DNA from: Utricularia gibba
Lineage: Eukaryota; Plantae; Magnoliophyta
NCBI GenBank assembly: GCA_002189035.1
Contig: CM007991.1
Coordinates: 3,162,001-3,226,000 of the forward strand
DNA length: 64,000 nt
Reading direction: 5' to 3'
The position numbers and the translations under genes are program-made. Below are positions 44,101-57,552 of this stretch, piece by piece. The stretch's first letter is position 1. The number at the start of each line of letters is the position of its first letter. The notes beneath the pieces are model-generated. The model was not told where the DNA came from, made no database searches, and worked only from the letters and a program-made list of their open reading frames with translations.

Positions 44101-46244
44101 AATGGATGATGCTGTTCAATTCTTGTATGATTCTCATAAGCAGAGAATAGAAATGCGAAAATCAATGGAAAAACTTAGACAGTATTATTAATATTGCTCT
44201 AAATCGCCAACAAACGATACAGAATACATGCATTCATTTAAAGTATATCACCAATCATATAAAATGTCACCAGGAATGACCTGAAAAGTTCATAATGCAC
44301 TCCGATAATACTGAAAAAATCATCAAAATACTTTCATGTAGAATGTCTTCAAATCAAAGTTTTTCAGTTTTTAGTTCAAAAAGAATTAGAGCCACTAGTT
44401 TACAGTCTACCTTAGTTACAGCATTGTAGTAATATCTCCGACCATCATTCATGTGGACAAGCATCCAGTTAGTGTTAGCGAGTCTCTCCCTGGTGATGTA
44501 CAACATAATAAGAAACCACACTTCATATCCATACGAAGAGCCAAAAGAATCAATATATTTTTACATTAACACCCCGCAGCACAATTAGGATACCCAATGA
44601 AGAACCATCACGTTGCATCTTTTTAATCAGTTTAAAAAAAAATGGAAGGGCGAATGAAGCATTTCAACTCCATTCCCAACAAAACCACACACAAAAGTTA
44701 TGCCAAAACTATAACTATATGTGTGGATTTTTTAGGTGTCTCATTTCTCTACTGTACGGCAGAATCATCAAAAAATTGAGGATGGCGACCCAGGACGAAA
44801 CATTTATTAGATATCACGAGAAACTAAGCCACTAACAGGGACTATTATATGAATCTGAAGGAGAAATTTGATAACCAACAAAAGTTTGCAACCTTTTTTT
44901 TTGGTTGGTAACTCACCAGGAAACAGGTTTTGATTGCATCTCTGCATTATCAGGCTGTATCCATAAGAATAAGTACATCAAACTCTCCAAAAAAAAAGGT
45001 AAAATTGAAGTAACAGTCCAAATGAGGCTCATAAAATGTGACAATGCGAATATGCAGATCACAATCATGACTGTCATCTGAATAAAAGTACAAAAAGGTA
45101 CTGTAAATTCCTGCAATAACGGGATAGACATTGGGATACCTCTTCTTTAAAACCAGATGGTTTCTCATAAGTAGATTGCCCAGTTAGCGCATTATAATAA
45201 TAGGCGATCCCAGACTCAGTCTTGTGCATTGTCCAAGCATCCGTTTTTTCCTTCTTAACAGCATCATCTTTGGTTTCAGAATGAAGATGCCAAATCACAA
45301 GACATAAAATTTTTAATACATGATATGGAGCACAAGAGTAGAGGTTCAAATGTATTACGGGCTTACCAGTCACAGCAAGCCAACTTCCATGTCCAGAATT
45401 GCTGAATGACTTCTGCTGAGCAACAATGGAAGGTGCATTGGACCCATTTACAGATACTATCGGAGAAACTCCAGGAGGCTGAACATCAGGAAATGAGACA
45501 GAATGTGTTCGGGACTGGGGAGGGATGGGACTTGCCCCTTTAAACCCAGCAACATAAGCTGAAAACGGTGGTCTAGACAAACCAGAAGCGGGCTGCAACC
45601 ACTGGACAGGAGGCCCAGCTTGCTGAGATGGATGTGGATACATGCTGACAGTATTCTGAATCATCGCAGGTCCAGTAAAAACAGCAGGTGTTGGTGCATA
45701 GCCCCTTAAAGCTGCAGTGGAATCTATACCGGGAGCCTGGATAGAGGAATTTAAAGGACACACAGAAGAAGATATTAATGAAGCACCAGCAGTCACAGGA
45801 GTACTTGACATACTTGATTTAGGATAACTAAGCTGAGAAGTAAATGGTGCAAGAGCTGCATTAGGTATAAATGCTCCCGCTGCTTGAGAAGCATCAGCTT
45901 CCACATGCTACAGCACCAAAAAAAATCCATGTAATACAAGTCATGTTTTTTAGTGTACATATTGCTCTAGCATAAAGCAACCATGTGAGTTATCGAGTTA
46001 TTAGAAATAACAACTTTCACATCCATTTAACACAAGACTCCTCAATGATAAACTTGAGACAAGAAAGTGATATCAATATATTTAGAATTTAACAAGAAAA
46101 AAAAAGCGAACGAGCAAAGAAAGTGCATACATTTATAGGACTTTGGTCCATCAGATTTGACGTTGCATTTCCATTGACAGAATTGCTTCCAATATGTGAA
46201 GGATTGCCTTCAGTGGCCTCACCAGCGGGTCTGGGTAGAACCAT
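41144..46244 (-). CDS. PRP40C: Pre-mRNA-processing protein 40C (2 WW domains plus FF domains)
   Basis: WW1 [28 protein letters not shown]; WW2 [21 protein letters not shown]|LSSWKIP; FF repeats [43 protein letters not shown]. Start at 46244 is the best candidate, not proven. Confidence 0.93.
43596..43613 (+). repeat. G18 homopolymer (C18 on the PRP40C sense strand, from intron position +4)
   Basis: Read directly from the sequence. Confidence 0.9.
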
Positions 46245-47459
46245 TATCCGTAAAAAAAGCCCAACTTCAAACGACTTAAGATGTGGCAAGATACAATAGA
46301 CGAGAGGTAGAATGGGCGGGCAAGATAAGCCCTTTATCCTGTCCAACTCACAACAGTTGCAAGTGTACTGAAACAAAAGATTAAAATGTCACCAAAATAT
46401 GATAGCTATAACTAGAAGATATCAAGCGCCACAACGGTTTAGAAAAATAACTGGTGGAAAACTGGATACAAACTATCTTGCTATCCGACCACTCAATTCG
46501 ATTGGAAAAGCAAGACCCAATTTTCTCGTTCACCGAAACGCAGCGTTAAAGTCAACGTGTATTTCACCTCCCACCCCGTAGGAAGAGTCATATTTCATTG
46601 ACTTACCATTCCCAACGGGATTCGCTAACATGAAGCACGCATTCTCAATGGGGCAGCCCTTACACAACAGACAACCTACTTACGTTAAAACTATATAAAA
46701 CATGTACGTTCGCGTTTAACTAGAAAGTAGCAAGCAAAACAAGATTCCCGAACCCTCAGCAATACTAGCTGCTGATCGCCGGCGTAAAATCTCTCTTGCA
46801 ATAAAATACGCACCAGGATAAGGTACCTGCGCTAATACGGCAGGTCCGGCGGCGACAAGAAGATTGTTGCAATCGACGAAACCAATTACGAACTCCTGGA
46901 GCGAAACAAGGTTTTTGGGGGAGAATTGAGGAGAGAAGGCGCAGTAAAGATCTCTAGCTGATCTTTTTTTTAATTTTAAATAATATTCGGAAAGCTCTGG
47001 TAAATTTATTTCAAAATATCTCACTAAATCCAGATATAAAATTAATTAATATATTTTAGAAGATGGGCTTCTGATGATTTATGTGAAATAACAAATAAGC
47101 CCTTCTGTTCATCATCTCATCCCCAATGATTTGGGGTACAGACGTCATTTCTTTTGCCAATGGGCTTATGTTTACCACTGTAATAATGCTGACATTCAAT
47201 CTGAAGGTAGTGATCACTACTGAAGAATGGGGAAATTTGTTGAAGAGTCGACGAGGGTAAATTGGGGTTCGGATTCCCACATCGTAGCTTACAAAAAGGA
47301 GAGTCTTTGGTGGATTGGAGTTGGGTTGGTCTGTCGCTTTTACGGGGAAGACTCATTTTTCTAGCAGGAAACGGATGGGAAGTGGAGATGGTGGAAGAAG
47401 CCTATACAGTAGGATGGCAAAGACGACAAATTTATGATGTAGATTCACACTCTAATGGC

Positions 47460-49335
47460 ATGGCCGTCAAAGGTATCCTCAAAACCGCCGGAGTCCTTGT
47501 GTTTCTCCTCGCTTCCCTCTTGTTCTTTATCCTTCTTCCCCGTTCTCCTACCGACCACCCTTTTCAGGGGAGATCACTTCTGGTGACCTCCGTTCCAAAA
47601 TGCACCGTTTCCAATTTCACCTCTACAGATGGCTTGCTAAACTACTCCGCTGTACACCTGTGCTTGTTTGGGGGAAAATTATTTCTCTCCGTCCCCATAC
47701 TCGGCCTGATTCTCCTCTTGCAGTTCTATATCTTAGTCATAACCGCGCAGCATCGCTTCTCAGTAGTTGTCAACAAGCTCTCGACCCATTTAAATCTTTC
47801 TCCTTCAATGGGCGCGGTCACCCTTTTGTCTCTCGGTAACGGTGCTCCTGATGTGTTTTCATCCGTTGCTGCTGTCAGTGGAGGGCAACCTCGAACTGGG
47901 TTTGGGGCGATTCTTTCGGCTGGGACTTTTGTCTCAGCGTTTGTAGTCGGATTTGTAGCTATTCATGCGGCTCCTTTTGCTGTCGACCCTGCGCCCTTTA
48001 TAAGGGATGTTATGTTTTATCTAACTGCTGCATTGTTTATGTTCTATGTTTACTTGAGTGCTGAGATTTACGTGTGGCAGGCTGTTGGTTTTCTTTTGTA
48101 TTATATTTTTTTTGTGGGTATCGTTTTCTTTATGGATTTGGGATATAATGGTAATGCGTCGGAGAAGAATAGCCTTGTGATTGTCACGAATGTGGAGAAG
48201 GGAACAAGTAAAGAGATGAAGGAGATGGATATTGAAAATCGAGAATTTATTGGTATGCCAGGAATGAGAAGTAAACAGAGCGGATTCTTGAAGTTCTTGA
48301 AAAAGGTAGAATCTTTTGTTTTTCACCTCGTGATTTTTTTTTTTTGAGCGCTTACATGAGGTTGTGATAACATGAAGAACGCTATTTTCATTTTGATCCA
48401 ACTTGATCTCGTTGCCTGTTATTTTGTTTTAGCTTGCAGTTCTGGTGCATCTTCAAGTTTTTATGTCAATAAAGGATTGTTTTAAGCTTTATCCTGTACT
48501 TGAAACTTTGATGCAGTTTACTTAACTGTGTTACTGAGCTTGACGGGTTAAGGATGCTTTCTCTCTGTTTCAGGTGGCATACATTTGGGAAGTTCCAGTT
48601 TGGACGCTTTTGAAACTAACCATCCCTGAAACTTCAGGCTCAGAATGGAGCAGATTCTATCAGTCTGCCAATATTGTCCTTTGTCCCCTTCTACTTCTCT
48701 ACTCCTGCAAGTCATTTATGTCCTTTAATCATCCAGTAATGTTTCTTCTACCAAATGCCCACATCCCTCTTTGGCTCATTGCACTCTTTGGAAGCTCCTC
48801 GTTAGCTATTCTTCATTACATAATTGAGAAAGAACCTCCAAAATCTGATCAAATCTCCACACTAATGGTTGCCTTCGTCATGAGTGTCTTCTGGATTTCC
48901 ACCACAGCTGGTGAACTTCTAAACTGTCTGGCTGCCTTGTCCAATCTCCTGAAGCTGCCACAATCACTTCTCGGGCTCACAGTCCTCGCTTGGGGGAACT
49001 CAGTTGGTGATCTGGTTGCTGATGTTGCTGTTGCTAAAGCCGGTCGGCCAGCTATGGCCATGGCTGGCTGCTTCGCTGGGCCGATGTTCAACATGCTTTT
49101 CGGGCTCGGAACTGCACTCACCATTCAAACGGTGAACAGTTTCCCTGAAGCATATGTGCTACATTTCCATCTGAGCATTGTTGTCGCATTTGTGTTTCTG
49201 ATGTTGAGCTTGATGGGGTCTTTACTGGTTGTCACTTGGTGCAGATTCAGAGTTCCCAAGTCCTGGGGGCTTTGTCTGGTTGCCCTTTACGTAGTTTTCA
49301 TGGGTGTCAGCCTTGTTCTCGCCAATTTTACTTAA
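47460..49335 (+). CDS. CCX5: Cation/calcium exchanger 5-like (CCX)
   Basis: Exons 47460-48305 and 48574-49335; alpha-1 repeat LLSLGNGAPDVFSS, alpha-2 repeat LTVLAWGNSVGDLVADVAVA, GCFAGPMFNML; many TM segments. Confidence 0.92.
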
Positions 49336-49578
49336 TATCAAGATGCTTACACAAGGAATCACGTTAAAGATTTGATCTTTATAGGCTGATTTTGTGAATC
49401 ACATTAACATTAAATGATAAGCGGTTTATGTAAGAATTCCAACTAAATTCTTAATTGGGAAGGGAATCGAGAATCGAAGGGGATCTCTTTTACTGTTATT
49501 GAAAGTGTATCATCGGCGCTACTCGACCAGCATAAGTTTTGTCTATGTTACTAACGTTCCTGTATTGAAGGTAAAAAG

Positions 49579-50803
49579 ATGCATTCATTTGTGTACAGGG
49601 CGAATGCTCTACTCACCTTCGCCCTCACTGTTCTCGGGCTGATGTGCATCACGGTCTCCTTCTCCGACTATTTTAATTCGCCGTCTCCCACATCGCAAGT
49701 CCAAGTAAGCCCTTTTTCTCATATTTTCTTCTTTTTTCGTGGGTTCGCTTTCTCATTGATGTCTCTAATCTGGGGATTTTTTTTCTATGGGAGATTTAGA
49801 TACTGAATGTCAGTGGCTTCCGGAAAAATCGAGATGGTAATGACGAGGTAATTCATCTACTTGATCCTGGGAGATGTCGATTTCAGAGCTTCATGGTTGA
49901 AAAGGATTCTTGTCTGATCTTGAAAGATTGGATTTAGTTTTTTCGTCTGCATTCTGTCTCGTCTCTTTGCATTTCGAAAATGACGGCATTTGTGCTGCAG
50001 GTCACCTTGAAAATGAACATATCAACGAACTTGCAATCCCTTTTTACTTGGAATACAAAACAGGTTTCCATTTTACTGCGTAAGATGTGTGGCTTTTCTG
50101 TGCATACAAGGAGTATGGATTCAACTAGACCGAATTGACATTTGAATTTCGTTCATTGCCATGAAAATCTAACAGCAAAACAGGCTTCCAAAGTTTCTTG
50201 CTCTTTGAAATTGCTTAATTTTTAAGGGATATGTGATGTCATATGTGATTTTCTCTGTTCTTCAAAATCTCATTGAACTGTTCTGTGTTTTACAAGTGAT
50301 CACCGTTCATGGATTTACAGGTGTTTGTATTTTTAACAGCAGAGTATGATACTCCCAAAAATGCGCTCAATCAGGTATTACGTTTGTCACCCAGAGGCTT
50401 CTTGTGTCCTGAGTTTTGCTTCACTTGCTAATAACACCATCAAGTATTTGGGAGCCGTAAAAATCCTAAAAGCATTCTACAGATTTCTTTGTGGGACAGA
50501 ATTATACCATCCAAAGAACAAGCTAAATTCTGGATTGAAACAAAGAACAATTACCGCTTTGTTGATCAAGTGAGTGTCTGTGCTAATGCTCATTTTTATG
50601 TTGTAGCTTTTATGTGCTCATGATACCTGTTTCTGCTTTGTCCCCAAATATCTCAGGGTAGGAACCTGCGTGGTAAAGACTTCAACCTGACATTGCATTG
50701 GCATGTCATGCCAAAGGTCGGCATGACAATTGCTGATAAAATAGTTATGACTGGCTTCCGGTTGCCTGATTCTTACACAAGGGAGTCCAGAAAGTCATCT
50801 TAG
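49579..50803 (+). CDS. SPCS3: Signal peptidase complex subunit SPC22/23 (SPCS3)
   Basis: Six exons: [16 protein letters not shown]|[12 protein letters not shown]|[16 protein letters not shown]|ISLWD.II, YRFVDQ|[20 protein letters not shown]. Confidence 0.93.
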
Positions 50804-51201
50804 TTGTTCTGGAGGCATGTTGGAACCGGCACTGCATATTTTTCAACTTCTAAAAGGACTCGGTTCCATTTTGGCCCCCCTCTGCTTGCATGTCATACAG
50901 CAGACCTTACTGTATTGAAACATTAGGCACCGGAATACTCCTCATTTTCTAGGCTTAAGTCTAATGTTTCATGATAGAATTTGTTCATTATTATGGATTA
51001 ACCAGCACTACCTCGTTGGGATTGTGCTTTTTCATGAACTTGTTTTGCTGTAAAGATCTCCATCTACTGCAGATATCTATGGAGTCTGGCCTAATCATAA
51101 GGGTCGCCCGGGGAAGAAAACCAACTGATTTGTAAGTCATATTTACAGCAGTAAAAAATCATAGAGTAATTCAATGACAACCAAAACCCCTATATCCTTG
51201 C

Positions 51202-53601
51202 TCATGAAGAAAGAATCAGCAAGTGAATGGCAAAAATGGAATGTACTAATAACTTGGTGACTCTGGAAACCAGTAATGTACCCAGGCTGCTGCTGGCAAC
51301 ATGGTCCGAAGGATGTGTTTGTGGTGTGGGTGATGCAGGCGGAGAAAGATTTCTGTGGGTGGGCGTCTTCTCTGGTTGCCAGTTAGACGGTGGAGAAGGA
51401 TGGTTGCGGTTGTCAGGAACAGGTAGAGTGCTAGAACCATTCGTTGAAGAAATGGAATCACTGCCTGAAACCCCATCAATCAGAATGATCAGTATGGATT
51501 TACAGTAGCAGCAGAAGAAGTGAGAACAACTCACAATCCGAGTCCTTCCAGCCAAAAACATTCCTTTCCCTGTCGAAGACGATGCGGTAGCCCGTCATGA
51601 AATTTTCTGCACATTGTATTCATGAATTAGCTTATCTTGTTGAAAACATCACAGGGAGGAAGGTCAAGTGCAACTGAAAGGGATCATGTTATGAGTTTGA
51701 TGATACTCACGTCCAATTATATTAAAGTTTTCACTTTTGACAACAGCCAAGCAGTAAGCATAGCCGCCCTGCAAAAACCAGATAAATTCACATCCCATGA
51801 TACTGCATTGAATATAAGTAGCTTGATCTTTACCGGGCGGGGAATCACGATAGTTGGTGCCTTGACAAACATTTGATCCCCTCCTTGCATAGTCAAGTTC
51901 AAGTTGGGAATGAAGTAACTATCTTGAGTTGCACTGCAAAGCACAGAAACAATGAAGGCTTAGAACCGTCATGAAGCCCACAGTTGTGTCTGGAACAGTG
52001 TGTGAGAGTAGTGTCATCATCTTACTTTAGTTCATAGCAATAATCAAAAATAATCTCGGTAGTAGGGGTATAGCGTGGCTCATTGACTTGAGAATCGAAC
52101 TAGACAAGATCAAAAAGCAAGCTTTATACACTTTGTTAGAAGATTAAAAGAATCCAGAGACTCGGGGAACTTACCCCCTGCACAATGATGGAGTATGCTG
52201 GATCATTGAAGTAAGTGAATGAGGTTCCTGAGTCAAAGATCACGGTGAACTCCCTCTCTGCTAAGTTATCCCCAATAACTATTTGCGTTACTGTGACGTT
52301 GTATGTTGCACTGAAATGAGAAACCACAAGCTTCAGTAAAAAGTCCAAACAAACGGAATGGATTCAGTGATGATGATTAAGCACCAATGCACATGATGTC
52401 TGATGAGTTACCGGAGATCTTTGAGGTTAAATGGAGTGGTTTTCTGGTCTGCAGCTCCTTTATCGCCAAAATCGATTCTTCCAAGTCCATTGGGTCCAAA
52501 ACACATAGAGAAAGAATTGGATGCTAGTCCACTGTTAGCTATAATGCTAGGGACAGAAACATTGTCCATGCCAAGCCCAAGTAGACCATTAATAGCAGCT
52601 GCATCCAAGAAATCACCAGTCTGAATCATCCCACATCTGAAATGAAACCAGAGGGATTTAGGAGTGAGCTGCAAGTTTAAGAATGCAAAGACTATGCAAG
52701 TGTCAGACATCATGCACCAACCCCAGTGTTATTGGAACCTCGATCTCCCTCTGTAGATCGCCGCCCATTGCCAAGTGCAGAACATCATCAACCAATATCC
52801 CTGTGGTGGAGGTGTTGCCTGAAAGATACACCTCTTGATATGCACAAGCATCAAGTGATGCAGAGCAGCCTCGTCTCCATCCACAAGCCGTGCTGTTGCA
52901 CGGAACTGGGGTGCCCGTTCTAGATGCACTAGGACTGTATATGTTGAGATCCAGTACCTGCTTTCTTAAACAGGGTACTTAAAACTTGAAGAAATGATCT
53001 TTTGTATCAGAAATAAAATGTTATACAAAGCACGTACTTGTCCGGAATTCGTCGTCATGCGGCGAGGGCAGTCGGTACAGTCACACGGCAACCAGAAGAG
53101 GTCACTCCCGGTATCCAGTGCAACAAGGAATGACAACGGAGGGGTTCCAATAGTAACAAGCGAATAGTGTAAGCTGCAAAAACTCGGAAAACAACTTGAG
53201 ATCAGCAAGCTACAGATGGAAACATCAGTCGAGAACAACTGAAATATGGTAAAACCGACTAAAGGCCAGAAATGAACACCAAAACTAAGAGAAAAGATAA
53301 CATACAATCCAAATGAACTGAGACTCAAAGTCTCATTCCCACCGGCAAATGTGAGGATGGATTCATTTTCCGGGCCACCGACGAGACGACGGCCCCTGAA
53401 GAACCGATCCCGGTTCGCCAAGGCGGCGTAGTAATCAAGGGAACCCCTCTCCGGCAGCCCATCGAGGGACAAGAAATCCTTAACAGTATCGGAATACCTA
53501 TGGTGCACATCAAACCCAAGAGTTCCAAAAGCGGAACTGCTTTTACAATTCACCCAACAAGCGAAAACCATCAAAATCAAGGTACTTGGCATGGTACCCA
53601 T
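51202..53601 (-). CDS. GPI-anchor-type A1 aspartic protease (APF1-like), tandem copy B, intact
   Basis: FGFDVHHRYSD, LHYSLVTIGTP...LVALDTGSDLFWLPC, GCGMIQTG.FLD.AA.NGLLGLG, IFDSGTSFT, IIGQNFMTGYRIVFDRE; Ser/Pro linker and hydrophobic tail; 10 exons in frame. Confidence 0.94.
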
Positions 53602-54110
53602 TGCTGATTTCTCCTAATACCCCTTCAAATATAGGATCTAAACCCCCAAAATCCCTCCCCTAACACCAGATTAAAACGGGAAAGGATGGTCGTTCGCTTC
53701 ACTTCACCACTGTAATTTCAGTACAAAATGCAGCAGGCCGGAGTCAAATTCCAGTCGTCACTACCACGAAAAAGTGGAAGGTGAACCAGCAAGAGAAATG
53801 ACTACCATTCTCATTTTCAACCTTAAAAAGTTCAAAACCTCTTTCTAACAAAAGAAGGAACCACATTCCAATTGTGGTAACCAGTAATCATAATTAATTA
53901 TTGTAAAAGTGATATTAATTACACCTAATTAAATCTGGATTAATAATTTAAGGAATATTTTAAAAGAAAAATAATAAGAATAACAACAGATCTGACTGTT
54001 GAATGAACTCATTTGTACATTGAATCAGAAGCAAGTTGTTCTGTGCCTATACCTTGTAGTTTCATGAAGAGAACCGTTATTTTACAGGTATGGAAACTCT
54101 GTGCCATAGC

Positions 54111-56529
54111 TCACGAAGGAAGAAGGATCATGGCGTGAAGGGCGAAGAGAGAAAGCAGTAGTATTCCTATAAGCTTGTTGCCTGCGGAGCCCAGTAATGA
54201 ACCAGCGCTGTTGCTGGGAACTGAAACTGATGAAGGGGGTGTCTGGGATGGAAGTGGGGAAAGATTTCCGTAAGTGGGGGTCTTCTCCGGTTGCCAGGTG
54301 GAGGGGGACGGAGCATCGGAGTTGCTGCGGTTGTGGTGCACCGGAAAAGTGCTGGAGCCATTGGTTGAGGAGACGGAGTCACTGCCTGAAAGGCCCGGAA
54401 CGAGAATGATCAGTTGAGAATAGAGGGAGAGAAGTTGAGAGACTGAGTTTACTCACAATCAGAATCTTTCCAGCCAAGAACGTTCCTTTCCCTGTCGAAT
54501 ACAATGCGGTAACCAGTCATGAAGTTTTCTGCACACATTGTGTTCGACCATTAGCTTATGTGGTAAAGGAAGTGGAGAAGGCGACTGCATTGTGAGTATG
54601 AAGATACTCACGCCCGATTATATTCACATTTTCACTTTTGACAAGAGCCAGGCAGTACGCAAATCCCCCCTGTAAGAATGAGATAAAATCCAGTTCAATG
54701 CACAGCTTTGGATTTCAATGAACAAGGGGAATGCCTACCGGACGAGGAATAACGACAGTCGGTGCAATGACGAATATCTGATCCCCTCCTTGCATAGTTA
54801 AGTTCAAGTTGGGAATGGAGTAGCTATCTTGAGTTGCACTGCAGCGCAGAGAAACCATGTGAGCTTAGCTCCATTGTGAAGACTAAAGTTGTGCTTGGAA
54901 GTAACTTAGCTTCACTATATCACTCCACTTCTGTGTCAAACTGAAAATGGTGTTTAGGAAGGTTGCATCATCATCTTACCTGAGTTCATAGCAGTAGTTG
55001 AAAATAGTCTGTGTCTCCGGGATGTAGCGTGGCTCGTTGACAATTTGAGAATCAAACTGGATAAAATGAAGCAGATCAGATGTAAAGCCTTCGTTAGAGA
55101 ATGAACAAGGTCCTAAAAAGGCCAGAACTTACACTCTCCACAATAAAAGAGTAGGCTGGATCGTTCAAGTATGTGAATGAGGTCCCGGTATCGAAAATCA
55201 CCGTGAAATCTCTGTCTGTTGTGTTATCTCCCACAGCTATTTGTGTTACAGTGATGTTGTAAGTTGAACTGACATGATAAAAGGATAAGTATAAACGCCC
55301 AAATGAGATGGAATAAGATCATGGACAAGATTAAATACAAAGAATGAAGAGTTGTTACCGTGGATTCTGAATGTTAAACGGTGTTGTCTTCTGGTCTGCA
55401 GCCCCTTTATCCCGAAGTCGATTCTTCCAAGTCCGTTAGTTCCGAAGCACATGGAGAAAGAATTTGAAGCTAGTCCTCTGCGGGCTATGCTGCTAGGAAC
55501 AGAAAAACTCTCCATGCCAAGCCCAAGCAGACCATTAATGGCAGCTGCATCCAAGAAGTCACCTGTCTGAATCATCCCACATCTGAAAGCACAAGCCAGT
55601 GAGATTGAGTAATCAGCTGCAAGTTCAGCCATGAAAACTCCGCGAGGATGTAAACCATCATGAACTAAACTAACCCCAGAGTTATGGGAACATTGATCAC
55701 GCTTTGTGGCTGGCCATCCACTGCCAAATGCAGAACATCATCAACCAGTATCCCTGTGGTGGAGGTGTTTCCTGAGAGGTACACCTCTCGATAAGAACAA
55801 GCACCAAGTGATGCACTACAGCTTCGTCTCCGGCCACACGACTCACTGTTGCACGGAACTGGAGTTCCAGTGCTGGATGTACTTGGGCTGTATATATTGA
55901 GATCCACTACCTGCTTTGTTGAACATAGTGAGAGAGCTTGAAAGATTACACGGCAGCAAGAATAGGTCACTGTTAGCACCTACTCTTCCTGAAGAGGTTC
56001 TCAGAGTCTGAGGGCAGTCGGTACAATCACACGGCAACCAGAATAGATCACTTCCCGTGTCTAAAGCAACAAGAAATGATTGAGGAGGCGTTCCCACATC
56101 AACAAGCGAATAGTGTAAGCTGCAAAAACCCAGAAACGCTCGAGATCAGCAAGTCATGGATAAAAGTGAAACAATCCAACATCAAAAGCCAAGAGAAAAC
56201 TAAACATACAATCCTAAAGAGCTCAGCCTGAGAGTCTGATTCCCATCGGAAAAAGTGAGGATGGATTCATTGACCTGGTCGCCAGCGAGACGGCGGCCCT
56301 TGAAGAACCGATCACGGTGCGCCATCGCGGCGTAGTAATCAAGAGATCCCTTTTCCGGCAGCCCATCAAGGGATAAGAAATCTTTAACAGCATCAGAATA
56401 CCTATGGTGCACATCAAACCCAAAAGTCCCAAAAGCTGAACTGCCTTTACCATTCATCCAAAAGGCCAAGATCATCAAAATCAAGCTCCTTGGTACAATA
56501 CCCATAACCAATTCTTCCCTATATCCCAT
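54111..56529 (-). CDS. GPI-anchor-type A1 aspartic protease (APF1-like), tandem copy A; 1-nt frameshift near 55411-55413
   Basis: Same exon layout as copy B; DTGS and DTGT catalytic motifs. Frame is lost after RIDFG and is restored by adding one G. Confidence 0.9.
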
Positions 56530-57080
56530 CGAACGGACTCAGCGCTCCTCCCCCAAGTTATAATGAAAAAGCGAGAGGAAGCTTGTAGTTGTTGAGAAAA
56601 ATGACGATTGCCAAGTCAAGGTCGGCTCTTCAGCCCCAGAAAAAAACCATGGGTGAGTCGAGTCAACCATCTCTTTCATGTAACTGCGTAATGTAACGTA
56701 AAGCCTAAGGCGTACGCGGACTTGTTTTTCAGAATGTTTCGGTTCAGCAAGCCACCGTGAAACAGAACACGCAGTCACCGCGGCAACCTTTTTTTCCTTT
56801 TCGTTTCTTTTATTATTAAAAAAACGAAAATACCAATTTCGGGGAATTTCAGGATGGTTCAATGATAGTAAATAGTAATATAAAAATTTTAATCATATTT
56901 TTAAAAAATAAATTGTAATTTAATTTAAAATGAAATGAATAATTTAAAAACTAATATCGAATTAATACATTGGATTTCCAAATATTAGCGTTTTCTTCTT
57001 TCATATCTATTATTAAAATATCGTGTGTATTAAATAATATCATGACGAATTTGAAAAGGAATGTGTTTTGTTGCGAAATA

Positions 57081-57106
57081 ATTAATTAAATTAAATTAAA
57101 TTAAAA
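57081..57106 (+). repeat. (TTAAA)4 tandem array in an AT-rich spacer
   Basis: attaattaaattaaattaaattaaaa. Confidence 0.6.
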
Positions 57107-57552
57107 ATCATGATATGAAATATATAATTAAAATATTAAATATTAAATATATAATTATCTATTAATATTAAATATTCTTGTGGGTAAGAATATCAGTCTT
57201 TAGAAAATATCATAAATTGGATAGGATAAATATCACGTTTTGAAAAATATCATAAATTTATCATTTATTATAGTACACAATATATCATCATAAATCCAAA
57301 ATTTTATTTCGGATCTGAACTCATTTTAATGATTATTCGCTACATATTGCGTTACGGCGAGATGTGCAATTTACTCATATATATTTACTGAAATATGTTT
57401 TATCTTATCATATTATTTACCCTAAATACCCTGAAAATTATTTTTACTATTCGTCGAGTGAAAAACCTTGCAAAAACAGAGAGCCTTTATTTTGGAACTA
57501 AGACTGAGAGTACGGAGGCACACTCCCTCCCCTTGCCCCGGCGACAACGAAC

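Noticed and set aside
45130-45140. GTATCCC donor in PRP40C as a possible U12 intron
   Set aside because: Does not match RTATCCTTT, and there is no CCTTAAC branch point near the acceptor.
47263-47290. GGTTCGGATTCCC (tRNA T-loop-like) and TCCCACATCG (plant snRNA USE)
   Set aside because: No cloverleaf or A-box, no TATA at the spacing required downstream of a USE, and no snRNA-like sequence follows.
47262-47459. N-terminal extension of the CCX5 ORF from a TTG start
   Set aside because: Non-ATG start and no similarity to the family; ATG 47460 precedes the first hydrophobic segment.
50780-50803. Short SPCS3 C-terminal extension (TRESRKSS) as an ER-retrieval signal
   Set aside because: This terminus is expected to be luminal, so a dibasic signal would not function; trivial stop drift is more likely.
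56870-57400. Very AT-rich spacer with a short direct repeat (AAAATATCATAAATT twice)
   Set aside because: No TIRs, TSD or array regularity; low-complexity DNA, not a CRISPR array or MITE that I can support.
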